Below, one piece after another: positions 1 through 8,645 of a stretch of 64,000 nt of DNA. How positions within the stretch are numbered: the first letter of the stretch is position 1; every line of letters begins with the position of its first letter. The DNA is taken from positions 258,634 to 322,633 of IMG/VR virus record IMGVR_UViG_3300031576_000001; one strand, written 5' to 3'. Below the pieces are notes generated by a model that worked only from the letters and a program-made list of their open reading frames with translations, had not been told where the DNA came from and made no database searches. The translations under genes and the position numbers were made by a program.

Positions 1-13
1 GATCAGGGCGGAT

Positions 14-805
14 ATGTTCGACCCGGGGAGGGCTGGCAAGCTGTGGGGGCAGCTTAGCGAGCTTCCCTCCTACCTGGACCGCGCCACGCGGGACGTGGGT
101 AAGAGCCCCGGGCGCCAGACCTACGACATAACCTACCCGGAGTCCATGGATTACGAGCTAGTGGCTAGCGTTGACGCGCTCCCCACGTCCACCGTGCTCC
201 CCAAGGAAACCTGGCTCCTTGATACGGTCGAGAAAGAGCTAGCCGAAGGGCGTAACGTGATGGTCTTTGCCTGGCACGTTGACCTCTTGCCCCGGCTGCA
301 ACGGCTCTTGCAGGACAAGCTAGGCGAGGTTGTGCCTGTGCTCAACCCGGACAAGGTGACCACGGGCAAGCGCCAGGCGTGGATTGAGAAGGAAGTCACC
401 AAGAAGAACCGCAGGGTGCTCATCGTCAACCCCGTTGCGGTTCAGACGGGTCTCAATAGCCTCACGCATTTCTCGACCGTGGTTTGGTTTGAGAACCCCG
501 CTTGTAACCCCGTCGTCTACCGCCAGGCTAACGGGCGGATCGACCGTATCGGTCAAACCAAGGCTACCCGGGTTCTCTTCCCCGTGTACGACATGACCCT
601 TTGCAGCGCTCTCCACAAGCTCTTGCTTCACAAGGTGGCGGTCTCGCTGGCTACGGACGGCTTGGATAACGAGGCTACCCTGGCAGCGGCGGGTCTGGGC
701 GAGTCTACGGGGCTCACGGGTCTCTCGGTCGGTAAGCAGCTTTATGACATCATCACCAACAAGGTCAGGCTGCGCGGGCAGGACGAGAAATACGACTTGT
801 GCTAA
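14..805 (+). CDS. SNF2-family helicase, C-terminal (HELICc) part; 5' end probably outside the window
   Basis: NVMVF, VLIVNPVAVQTGLNSL (motif V) and YRQANGRIDRIGQTK (motif VI) of SF2/SNF2 helicases. Confidence 0.85.
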   Translation: MFDPGRAGKLWGQLSELPSYLDRATRDVGKSPGRQTYDITYPESMDYELVASVDALPTSTVLPKETWLLDTVEKELAEGRNVMVFAWHVDLLPRLQRLLQDKLGEVVPVLNPDKVTTGKRQAWIEKEVTKKNRRVLIVNPVAVQTGLNSLTHFSTVVWFENPACNPVVYRQANGRIDRIGQTKATRVLFPVYDMTLCSALHKLLLHKVAVSLATDGLDNEATLAAAGLGESTGLTGLSVGKQLYDIITNKVRLRGQDEKYDLC

Positions 806-844
806 GAGGGAGGGGCGGCAATCAATACCCAAGGCACAAGCACC

Positions 845-1231
845 ATGATAAAAACCGGTAGCCCCCTCTTCAACGCTGTAACTCAAAGGCTCTCCCCCGA
901 GGTTTGGGCTCGCAAGGTCGCCTGGCTCACTCAGGAAGAGATCACAGAGAGAGGACGCCTGGAGGGCGAAAGTTTGCTCGCCGCGGGGCGCCTCTTGCAA
1001 AGGGAAGAACGCCCCCTGGGCGAGTCCTCTTGGCACTTGAGCGGTACGCCCACCAACGTCACGGACCTTTGTGAGCGATTGGTTCAGTGGACCTGTCAAC
1101 CCCTCCCCAGTTTGCGTACAGAATACGCTGTCAAGTCTGCCAGCGCCGAGGACTTGACGTTAGCTCGTGCTGAGAAGCTGGTTCCCTCTCCCCTCTCAGG
1201 GGGTAACCAGCTTGCGCGGGCCTTGACCTGA
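845..1231 (+). CDS. hypothetical protein
   Basis: ATG ORF after the helicase; in-frame TTA at 1160 (proposed end 1162) removes the overlap with the convergent gene. Confidence 0.6.
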   Translation: MIKTGSPLFNAVTQRLSPEVWARKVAWLTQEEITERGRLEGESLLAAGRLLQREERPLGESSWHLSGTPTNVTDLCERLVQWTCQPLPSLRTEYAVKSASAEDLTLARAEKLVPSPLSGGNQLARALT

Positions 1232-2409
1232 GCATCTAGCCCACTGTCCGCGATGAACTTCAAACAAGCAAGGTGCGCGGCATGGTCTGCCCAGTCGCTT
1301 GACTGTGGACCGATGGGGTAGGAGGGTTGCCAGTGCATCCTTAGCCGGTGCAAGCTCTCCGTGAAAGCAGCGAACTCTCCCATGACCCGGATGTGACGCT
1401 TCTTGAACCTGCCCTTGTCATGTAGAAGCGAGAGGTGCTTCCCCACGCCCACCTGAAACGGCAGCGTGCGGACAAGGATCTCGCCTACCGCTGTGTTGCC
1501 CGACGTGTAGCTGAAGATGTCAAAGAAATCCAAAGGCTGGGGGCGCTCTTTGAGCATCTTGAAGTGCTGCTCGACCTCGGCGGCGTAGGTTTGGGCTTGC
1601 TCGTCCCAGTCTTTCAGGTGCGAGAGGTTCACCATGATACGCCACACGTCCTCACGGATCATGGCAGACTGAACCTGTAGCTTGCGTGACTTCCCTACGG
1701 GCGGTGTCGCGGCAGTGTCCTCTACGGTCGAGAAGACGCGCAGAACAGGGTGACCGTGGTTCTCTGCTTCGCCCGTGATGACACAGGGGTACCGCAGAGA
1801 GACCACCGGGGCGACACAAGCCAACTGTCGAGCAACCTCAGCTTGGTCATAAGAGACCCACCGGACCCGGCACTCGTTGGCGCCCGCGCGAGTCACGGCA
1901 AAGCCTGCCGCCTCACCCCCATTGTAAAGGGGGTACGTAGAGAGGAGTTTTTCGAGGCGGCGCCTTGTGACGACGCCGGGGGGGAGCTTATCTTTAGCGC
2001 CGGTAAGCTCCTGGGTGCGCTGGGCTAGCCTCTTGGCGGCACGCTCAAAGCCAGCGTCATGGACCCTTACGCGCCCTTCCCAGAGGGTTTCCATGAACTG
2101 CTCAAAGGTCCAGGTCTTCTTGGCGGGGGGGTCGTGGTACTTGTTTGGACCCCACCCCCTCTCAACCAGATCCAGCTTGAAGCCTTCAAGCCAGGTCTCG
2201 CAGACAATGGCATCCCCGGGGTGAATGTCCTCGATCCTCCCGTAACCGTTGTACTTTGCCTGGATAGGGGGGGTGCGAGGGAACCACAGCCCGTTAGCCT
2301 CACGGGGGCGTGCCCTGTAGGGGTTCTGGGTGAGAAGCAACACCATCACAGGGTCGCCTCCGTGGATGGGGAGCCCGCTGGCGGCGCACGGCATGGAGAA
2401 AGATCCCAT
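1096..2409 (-). CDS. hypothetical phage protein
   Basis: Long ORF; start MGSFSMPC (2409) lies 7 nt after a GGTGTAnnnT motif; in-frame TTA at 1204-1206. Confidence 0.75.
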   Translation of the reverse strand: MGSFSMPCAASGLPIHGGDPVMVLLLTQNPYRARPREANGLWFPRTPPIQAKYNGYGRIEDIHPGDAIVCETWLEGFKLDLVERGWGPNKYHDPPAKKTWTFEQFMETLWEGRVRVHDAGFERAAKRLAQRTQELTGAKDKLPPGVVTRRRLEKLLSTYPLYNGGEAAGFAVTRAGANECRVRWVSYDQAEVARQLACVAPVVSLRYPCVITGEAENHGHPVLRVFSTVEDTAATPPVGKSRKLQVQSAMIREDVWRIMVNLSHLKDWDEQAQTYAAEVEQHFKMLKERPQPLDFFDIFSYTSGNTAVGEILVRTLPFQVGVGKHLSLLHDKGRFKKRHIRVMGEFAAFTESLHRLRMHWQPSYPIGPQSSDWADHAAHLACLKFIADSGLDAQVKARASWLPPERGEGTSFSARANVKSSALADLTAYSVRKLGRG

Positions 2410-2435
2410 GGACGCAACAGTACACCAAGATTCTC

Positions 2436-2470
2436 GTGAACTCCAGAACCAGCACAACGTAAGAGGGGTT
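2436..2470 (+). promoter_or_regulatory. GTGAA-N17-CGTA promoter-like motif
   Basis: One of five copies with an identical 17-nt spacer; 9 nt before ATG 2471. Confidence 0.65.
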
Positions 2471-2680
2471 ATGAACACCACGATCTACGTTACGCACTAC
2501 CACAAGGAGTGCAGGGTGACTCGCAACAAGTGGTCCATCGACCCATACCGCTGGGTCGATGGACCACTTTGACCCCTACCAGACCGGGGGCACTTCGTGT
2601 TCACCCGCACGGCGGACGGGCGCCTGTGGTGCATGGTCACGGACAAGGAAACCCGGGACGCCGTGCTGGCGACCCGCTGA
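2471..2680 (+). pseudogene. disrupted paralogue of the 2760-2972 gene
   Basis: TRNKWS and FVFTRTADGRLW match TQTKWS and FTFTCTADGTVW; in-frame TGA at 2570; FDPYQTGG (cf. VNPYASGG) lies in a shifted frame. Confidence 0.65.
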
Positions 2681-2685
2681 GAGGG

Positions 2686-2720
2686 TTCCCTAGCCAGGGG
2701 GGCACACGCTGGCTAGGGAA
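2686..2720. terminator. hairpin, probable terminator
   Basis: Perfect 12-bp inverted repeat TTCCCTAGCCAG/CTGGCTAGGGAA between two genes. Confidence 0.55.
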
Positions 2721-2724
2721 AGTC

Positions 2725-2759
2725 GTGAATCCTGAGAGAGCCTCAGCGTAAGAGAGGTT
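2725..2759 (+). promoter_or_regulatory. GTGAA-N17-CGTA promoter-like motif
   Basis: GTGAATCCTGAG...AGCGTAAGAG directly before ATG 2760. Confidence 0.7.
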
Positions 2760-2972
2760 ATGAAACCCATCGAAACCACCTACGCCGGCAAGAAGTACCT
2801 CATCACCCAGACCAAGTGGTCTACGGACATTATGGTCTGGGTGGAGTCTGAGGTGAACCCCTACGCCTCGGGGGGCTCTTTCACGTTCACCTGTACCGCG
2901 GACGGTACGGTGTGGGTCAAGGTCTCCGACCCGGCGCTGTACGAAAAGGTCATGGCCCGCGCCGGCTTCTGA
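2760..2972 (+). CDS. small hypothetical protein
   Basis: Upstream promoter motif, GC3-rich codons, adjacent paralogue. Confidence 0.75.
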   Translation: MKPIETTYAGKKYLITQTKWSTDIMVWVESEVNPYASGGSFTFTCTADGTVWVKVSDPALYEKVMARAGF

Positions 2973-3733
2973 CGGACTAAGACCGGCTGACGGAGAACAC
3001 GGAGCACGCCTTGGTGTGAGATGAGCTTGGCTAGCTTAGGGTCTCTCAGCACGTCGTGAAGGTGCGTAGCCACGCCGTTGACCTCGCACCACAGGGAGAC
3101 GAGGATTACGGTCTGACTGTAATCTGTATGCTTGCGCCCGTGGCGGAAGCCTCTTCCTTGGATGAGCCGTAGGTACTGCTTGGTTTTCGGGTCTTTGACC
3201 AGGGAGGCAATCGCCTCACCCTTCATTCCGAGGTAGCTCAGCCCCTCAAAGTGCCAGCCGTAGTTTACAGCGTCCTCCGCAGAGCCTACTTTTAGCTCGT
3301 TGTCGATGAGCCAGTGCTTGCCCACGGTAGACACGATAGTGCCCAGAGGGAGGTCAGCGGGCAGCAAGGCGTCAATCTTGCGACTGTGCTCGATCATGGC
3401 CTCCGTGGACGAGGTTATGGCTCTGTTTCTGGGGGGGAGAGTGTAGCCCCGGTTGAGCCAGATAAGGTCTGCCAGCTTGGCGGTAAGCAGGGAGCACTCT
3501 AGCGCGTCGGCTATCCTCTGTTGCAGAGAGGCGCTGGCGTTGACCCGCACCCCGTTGACTTTCAGGGCGTCAGCGTAGACCCACACGGTAAGCTCGGTCC
3601 CTGTGTCCTTGTCTTGCACGTAGAGGGGGGCTAGGGTGGCTTCATACCTCCCGGCTCGTACCTCAGCCAGGATGTAATCCTCTCGTGCTTGCAGTGTACT
3701 TGGAAAACCCATGAGCCCAACAGAGTCAGTCAT
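2861..3733 (-). CDS. conserved hypothetical protein, possible cell-wall hydrolase
   Basis: LLTAKLADLIW, GKHW, NYGWH, LIQ...H...DYSQ resemble an uncharacterised family I recall fused to peptidoglycan-binding domains; in-frame TTA at 2978, 5 nt past the convergent gene's stop. Confidence 0.55.
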   Translation of the reverse strand: MTDSVGLMGFPSTLQAREDYILAEVRAGRYEATLAPLYVQDKDTGTELTVWVYADALKVNGVRVNASASLQQRIADALECSLLTAKLADLIWLNRGYTLPPRNRAITSSTEAMIEHSRKIDALLPADLPLGTIVSTVGKHWLIDNELKVGSAEDAVNYGWHFEGLSYLGMKGEAIASLVKDPKTKQYLRLIQGRGFRHGRKHTDYSQTVILVSLWCEVNGVATHLHDVLRDPKLAKLISHQGVLRVLRQPVLVRQKPARAMTFSYSAGSETLTHTVPSAVQVNVKEPPEA

Positions 3734-4184
3734 AAAGCACCCTACCAATAGGCAGGCAAAAGAGCTTCTTAGCGGGGCTACCGTCACCACGGTCAGCGGC
3801 ACGAACCCCCTCACCTTGACGCTATCGAGGGGAGGTCTGAGTTACAGTGTCACGGTAGGCAACCTGACCAACCTGAGCAAGCTGAAGAGTACGCCGGACC
3901 CAGAGAGGGTTTTTTATGCCTCTCTGGGCTTCTTGTTGACCAGTAGCAGCCTACACGCGGTTCTGACCGAGCCTGAGAGCGTGTTGGTCTTCGTGGTGTC
4001 TGCGACGCACTTTGGGTGGAAAGACAAGGCCAGCGGGCGAGCCTGGCTTATCAAGGCAGAAAGGTGTGGTCAGTGGTGGAAGCTGACCAGAACAGCCCCG
4101 GGGCGCAAGGTACTAAAGCAGGCGCTACGCCAGGGGGAGGGGTGGGAAGCCTTCTTGAAGGCGCACCAGCCTGAAAAGGTGTAA
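3711..4184 (+). CDS. hypothetical protein (start uncertain)
   Basis: ORF track; ends at the GGTGTA motif of the next gene. Confidence 0.5.
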   Translation: MSPTESVIKHPTNRQAKELLSGATVTTVSGTNPLTLTLSRGGLSYSVTVGNLTNLSKLKSTPDPERVFYASLGFLLTSSSLHAVLTEPESVLVFVVSATHFGWKDKASGRAWLIKAERCGQWWKLTRTAPGRKVLKQALRQGEGWEAFLKAHQPEKV

Positions 4185-4193
4185 GCTCTCTTG

Positions 4194-4728
4194 GTGACAC
4201 CAACTGAGCCCAATGTACTGACGAAGGAGCGCACGCTAACGCTGGGCAGGGACGTGACCACAGAGAGCACGTTCGAGATTGTTAGCGAAGAGGCACCCCT
4301 AGTGGGGGAGACGTACAAGGTGTTTGGTGACACTGTAATTGTCACCCACGTAGCAAAGGGCCCACCAGCGCTCAGGAACCCGCCCCCCTCCTTTCCCTGT
4401 GTGGCTTGTCCGTCTACGGGCACCCTACCGCGGGCTCCTGTTGACAGGGGCAGTGTTGGAAAAGATCCCGCCGAAGAGGTACGAGCACCTGGCAAGGGTT
4501 CTCTGTCAAAAGGGCAGCAAGCCCGCCGAAGAGCCTGACGTGGGTTCATGGTGGACCACGCCAGACACAAAGACCGCGGAGGGGTGTACCGTTACCTCCC
4601 TGGTGCTCACCCTTGTCAAGGTGTTTCCTCGCGAGGGGGGCAAGGATTACTGGGAAGTCATCGTCAGTAGTTCCTCCGCAGTACCGCCCCCGCGAGCGGG
4701 TTTCCTTGTCTCCCTGGCTCAGGGCTGA
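4194..4728 (+). pseudogene. probable frameshifted hypothetical gene (ORFs 4191-4538 and 4399-4728)
   Basis: Coding-like sequence changes frame near the C-rich run at about 4379-4398; GGTGTA motif at 4178. Confidence 0.4.
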
Positions 4729-4734
4729 AACCCT

Positions 4735-5295
4735 ATGGCTCTACTTTCCGTTGTGCTCCCCCCTGACGTTGCCAGGCTCCTTTCCACCCTAGACGTGCCC
4801 GGGGAACGTGCCTCGGATCATCACGTAACCTTGGTGTATCCGGGTAAGACATTGCCATTTGAGGCGAGCCTGGCTTACATAGGGGCAACCAACAAGGCGC
4901 TCTCCGGGCTGAAACCCTTCACGGTCACGGTGAACGCTGTAGGTACTTTTGCGGCCAAGGACGGCAAGGTGCCAGTGGTCGCCAAGGTCGAGGGCGAGGC
5001 TTTGCATGACCTGAGAGAGCGCCTGGTCAAGGCGCTAGACGAGGCTAGTGTGGAGTATGACACCACCTACAAGGACTATAGGCCCCACGTCACCCTGGCG
5101 TTTGCTGAGGCAAAGGACGTAGGATTCATGCAGACCCTACCCTCTCCGGTGACGTGGGGTGTATCCGAGGTAGCTTTCTGGGGAGGCAGTGAGGGCGCCA
5201 GCGGTATCCAGGTGACGTTTCCCTTGCTCTTGGCGAAGAGGGTGGCGTCTAACTACCTGCGCAGAGGGGCAAGGTATCCAGTACAACGCGGCTAG
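4735..5295 (+). CDS. 2H phosphoesterase (2'-5' RNA ligase/Acb1-like)
   Basis: Two HxT motifs, HHVTLVY and PHVTLAF, about 85 aa apart. Confidence 0.85.
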   Translation: MALLSVVLPPDVARLLSTLDVPGERASDHHVTLVYPGKTLPFEASLAYIGATNKALSGLKPFTVTVNAVGTFAAKDGKVPVVAKVEGEALHDLRERLVKALDEASVEYDTTYKDYRPHVTLAFAEAKDVGFMQTLPSPVTWGVSEVAFWGGSEGASGIQVTFPLLLAKRVASNYLRRGARYPVQRG

Positions 5296-5803
5296 GGGGG
5301 TTGCGCTTCTTGCTGAACGCTGCAGGGTCCACGGTCAGCGCACGCTTGCGAGATACCCTGTAGACCCCGGACTCGTCTGGCACGTTTATCCAGCCGTGCT
5401 CCAAGGCAAACGCTACGGCAGCGTCAAAACTCTCTCGGGTGTAATCGTTTCCACGGACCTTGTTCCACCACGCCTCACGGGGAAGAGGCAGGTAGATGAA
5501 CAGGTCAGAGACGTACTGCGACCATTCTTCACATTTCGGAGCTACCGCCTGCCAAGTCACCTCTTCGCTGAGCAAGGGTACCCACCCAATCTCCTTGCCT
5601 GCCGTGCCTACCAGCCTCATGTTTTCGAGCCAAGCCACGGTCTGACGGAAACCGTCATCGGTCAGGTGTGTCTGCCTCTGCGCTAGCGCCCACCATGGCT
5701 TGTACAGAAGAGGCACCATCGACTCCCGTAGAATGTCCAGCACGGGGAGTGCCTTGATAAGCCAGAACGGTGAGCCATCGGGGGGGTGCCTAGAGACTTC
5801 CAT
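5249..5803 (-). CDS. hypothetical protein
   Basis: GGTGTA motif (TACACC at 5815) just upstream of the ATG. Confidence 0.65.
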   Translation of the reverse strand: MEVSRHPPDGSPFWLIKALPVLDILRESMVPLLYKPWWALAQRQTHLTDDGFRQTVAWLENMRLVGTAGKEIGWVPLLSEEVTWQAVAPKCEEWSQYVSDLFIYLPLPREAWWNKVRGNDYTRESFDAAVAFALEHGWINVPDESGVYRVSRKRALTVDPAAFSKKRNPPSRVVLDTLPLCAGS

Positions 5804-6230
5804 GCCTCTCTTGGTACACCACCGAAGCCAGGGGAGAGGCTAAGTTGTAGTTCTTGGACTTGGAGTCGCTCTTGGGGGTCACCGTGACCCCCATCTTTTG
5901 GTGGTACGCCAGCGCCACGTCCGTAAAGTCGCGTTGGTTGTCTGGGTCTTGGTAACCCAAGAAACCATCAAGGAAGTCTGCCGGTACCAGGGAGTCCTCA
6001 AAGGGGATCATCCCTACCAGGCTCTCTTGCCAGCCTGCCTTACTGCCCAGGTAGACCTCAATATGCGCCCAGAGGGCGACAGGGTAGTTGGCGATCCCTA
6101 GCTCCCCCTCGACCACGGCGGTGAGAACGGCAGACCACCCTCTTGGCGCTGGCACCGTGGTTATCGTGCGTACCTCCCCCAGGCTTACCTTCGGTGCCTT
6201 CGGGGGCTTGTCCTTCTTCTTTTTACCCAT
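5790..6230 (-). CDS. hypothetical protein
   Basis: ATG overlaps the MazG TTA (TTATG); own in-frame TTA at 5841 precedes the next gene's promoter motif. Confidence 0.7.
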   Translation of the reverse strand: MGKKKKDKPPKAPKVSLGEVRTITTVPAPRGWSAVLTAVVEGELGIANYPVALWAHIEVYLGSKAGWQESLVGMIPFEDSLVPADFLDGFLGYQDPDNQRDFTDVALAYHQKMGVTVTPKSDSKSKNYNLASPLASVVYQERHGSL

Positions 6231-6598
6231 AACGCCAGCTTTCCGCCGTGCTTGAAAGCTCTCTTGCGGTTGACCTCGTGCTTGAGCCGGACAGCCCTGT
6301 CCATATCCACCCCGAGGGTCTTGGCCGTGTCCAGCGTGCGAATGAGAATATCCGCTAGCTCCTCCTCGGCGTTGGTTAGCTCAGGGTTCTTGTCGCAAGG
6401 CTCGTACAGCTTGCCCTTGCGCACTACTTCCCAAAGCTCCGAGACCTCGCCGGTCAGGTTGGTCAGGAAAATGGCCATCCTTTCCACAGAAGGCTTCGTC
6501 TGCAAAGCACTCTCGTGGTGAAACCCGTGCTCAAGGGCATTCTGAAACACCACGTCCGCTACAGCGTTGAAATTCGTCGGGGGTAGGGGCTCACTCAT
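6185..6598 (-). CDS. MazG-like nucleotide pyrophosphohydrolase
   Basis: GEVSELWE and EEELADILIRTLD motifs; C-terminal K...NR.R...HGGK followed two codons later by TTA (6230-6232). Confidence 0.85.
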   Translation of the reverse strand: MSEPLPPTNFNAVADVVFQNALEHGFHHESALQTKPSVERMAIFLTNLTGEVSELWEVVRKGKLYEPCDKNPELTNAEEELADILIRTLDTAKTLGVDMDRAVRLKHEVNRKRAFKHGGKLALWVKRRRTSPRRHRR

Positions 6599-6656
6599 GG
6601 CTACGCCTAGCTTACCCCTGCTAGACTTCTTTTGCCAGCGACAAGGGGCAGCACCC

Positions 6657-6932
6657 ATGACTTCACCCCCTCAAGGTAACGGCAACGGTAAGCACCCCCC
6701 AGTAGACACGGCACCCGATAGCCTACCCTCCCCTACTCCTTGGGGTGGCGACGTGGGGCTCATCCAGGCACACATCGAACGCCTGACCACCCGCGTAGAG
6801 GTCAATATTCACATGACCCAAAAGCTCGACCGAGACTTTGCCCACGCGGTAACCGAGCTAAGAGGCGACATTGCAGGGATGCAAGTCAAGCTGGCTAAGA
6901 TTCTTGCAATACTGGAAGCTGGGGCACCGTAA
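6657..6932 (+). CDS. hypothetical coiled-coil protein
   Basis: ATG 6657; heptad-like C-terminal half. Confidence 0.55.
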   Translation: MTSPPQGNGNGKHPPVDTAPDSLPSPTPWGGDVGLIQAHIERLTTRVEVNIHMTQKLDRDFAHAVTELRGDIAGMQVKLAKILAILEAGAP

Positions 6933-7698
6933 CCACGCCAGAGAGGAAGGCTTTGCCGTAGTCCGCCTCTCCGGTGTAGACGTTGAGGGTGGGCGACTCA
7001 CGGAAGACCCCTGGGGAGTGTGTGTGTCCGCAGTACACGTCAAAGGTGACCGTGGGGTTACGTTTGACCTGATCTCGGAGCATCTTACCCATGGCGGCAC
7101 AGGTCATCCAGGGTAGCCATTGTTCGTCTGACAGCTTACCTTGGTGCCATGTAGCCCCGGAGAAGGGGGCTACATGGGTGGCGAAGATGACCCTTGTAGC
7201 GCCTAGTGTGACTGCCTTGTCAATCTTGGCTTTGGCGCGGGCTACCTCGCGGTCTGCCACGCCCTGGATCTTGGCGGTTAGCTCGGCGCCGTGAAGGTAC
7301 CGAAACTCCCCAATGCGGTGCATGTCGGAGAGCAGGACGTGGCTGGCTCTGATGTTGCCGGCGCGGTTGTCGTAGAAACCATCTTGCCCGACGAGGTACG
7401 TACTCTCTCCGCAGTCTAGAGGGGGCAACGCTGAGAGGTAGCCCAGGGTTGAGACTCGCTTCTGAAAGCCGTCTACCGAGGGTGCGTTGTAGAAGTCGTG
7501 GTTGCCCAGCACGAAGAAGATGGCCCTGCCGGTGCGCCTGGTTAGCCCTTCCAAAGCCTCAGCGACAGACTCAGACTGTGCAATGTCCCCCGTGATGAGC
7601 ACCCCATCGTACTCTTGTAGTGCGCTGCAAAGAGCCGAGTAAGCGGGTGCTGAGAGAAAGGGGACGTGGGGGTCCGTAACCCAAGCAAGGCGTATCAT
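6895..7698 (-). CDS. calcineurin-like metallophosphoesterase (Icc/CpdA-like)
   Basis: TDPH, ITGD, GNHD, THVAP and GHTH motifs. Confidence 0.9.
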   Translation of the reverse strand: MIRLAWVTDPHVPFLSAPAYSALCSALQEYDGVLITGDIAQSESVAEALEGLTRRTGRAIFFVLGNHDFYNAPSVDGFQKRVSTLGYLSALPPLDCGESTYLVGQDGFYDNRAGNIRASHVLLSDMHRIGEFRYLHGAELTAKIQGVADREVARAKAKIDKAVTLGATRVIFATHVAPFSGATWHQGKLSDEQWLPWMTCAAMGKMLRDQVKRNPTVTFDVYCGHTHSPGVFRESPTLNVYTGEADYGKAFLSGVVTVPQLPVLQES

Positions 7699-7705
7699 GT
7701 CGCGG

Positions 7706-8053
7706 CTAGTTTACACCGCCTAACAAGGCGGGCAAATTAGCGTCGCGCTTTTCCGCTGTGACGAGGAGGGCGCAAGCAAGCACATGCTTGCACTTGTTAC
7801 CCCTGCGAAAGTCCTCGCAGGTACAGGTGGACGTGTTGCCTGTGACCTTGACCACGTAGGTTTGTTTCTCGCTGGGAACATTATACACCCCGTTCCCCTG
7901 TGGCTCGATGTCGCCCGTGAAAGCCAGTGCTTTATTGAGTCGCTCTTTCCACTTGGGGTTCTTTGCACCCCATGCGTCGGCTAGCGCCCTCATGGTCTGG
8001 TAGGTAGCGGCGGCTTGTTTACGGCGGACAATGCGGTCGTGTAGGTCAGACAT
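7706..8053 (-). CDS. SWIM zinc-finger protein
   Basis: CTCEDF...CKHVLA; in-frame TTA at 7721 just before the next gene's GGTGTA motif. Confidence 0.8.
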   Translation of the reverse strand: MSDLHDRIVRRKQAAATYQTMRALADAWGAKNPKWKERLNKALAFTGDIEPQGNGVYNVPSEKQTYVVKVTGNTSTCTCEDFRRGNKCKHVLACALLVTAEKRDANLPALLGGVN

Positions 8054-8062
8054 GCTCTCACA

Positions 8063-8278
8063 TTACCCCCTAGATAAGCGCATGTGTGTTGCGGTGTCAC
8101 TCGCGCTTACCCCGTGCATCCCCCTGAACATCCGGGCTACCTCGTCGGCTAGCCTGACACCTTCCGCCAAGGGGCGGTTCATTTCCTCTACGCTCAACCT
8201 CTCGTAGTGGCACTGGTGAGGGTGCTCGGTAGGGCGTAGCTCTGGGGCTCTCTTAAAGGAGGGGGGCGGGGTCGGCAT
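8063..8278 (-). CDS. small hypothetical protein
   Basis: ATG 8278; in-frame TTA at 8075. Confidence 0.45.
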   Translation of the reverse strand: MPTPPPSFKRAPELRPTEHPHQCHYERLSVEEMNRPLAEGVRLADEVARMFRGMHGVSASDTATHMRLSRG

Positions 8279-8372
8279 GTCGGTCTTTGTGGTGCAGAGC
8301 TTACAATAGCCCAAATTCGAGTGAACTGAGAGGACAACCGTGGGTAAGAGTAGTGTAGAGGTGAAAAGTACG

Positions 8373-8636
8373 ATGAACGCGAAAATGACCCCCACCGAGA
8401 GGGGACACTTGGCAATTTGCGGGTACAGGGTTGAACAAGCCCTGGGCTTGGTTGTACCCCCACTCCCCCTGCCTTCCTGCGAGGTGCCCCTTGTCCACCT
8501 TGGGCTGGCGGCGGCGTTGTGGGAGGGCGAGGTTGTCTTCAGTACTGAAGAGGGCATACCCGCCTATCGACCCTCCTCGGGGTTTCTTGACGCCCTGACC
8601 CTCTGTCTGGCACGTATCGCGAAGACGTGTCATTAA
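8373..8636 (+). CDS. hypothetical protein
   Basis: ORF ending 9 nt before the 8646 ATG. Confidence 0.5.
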   Translation: MNAKMTPTERGHLAICGYRVEQALGLVVPPLPLPSCEVPLVHLGLAAALWEGEVVFSTEEGIPAYRPSSGFLDALTLCLARIAKTCH

Positions 8637-8645
8637 GCACCGAGG

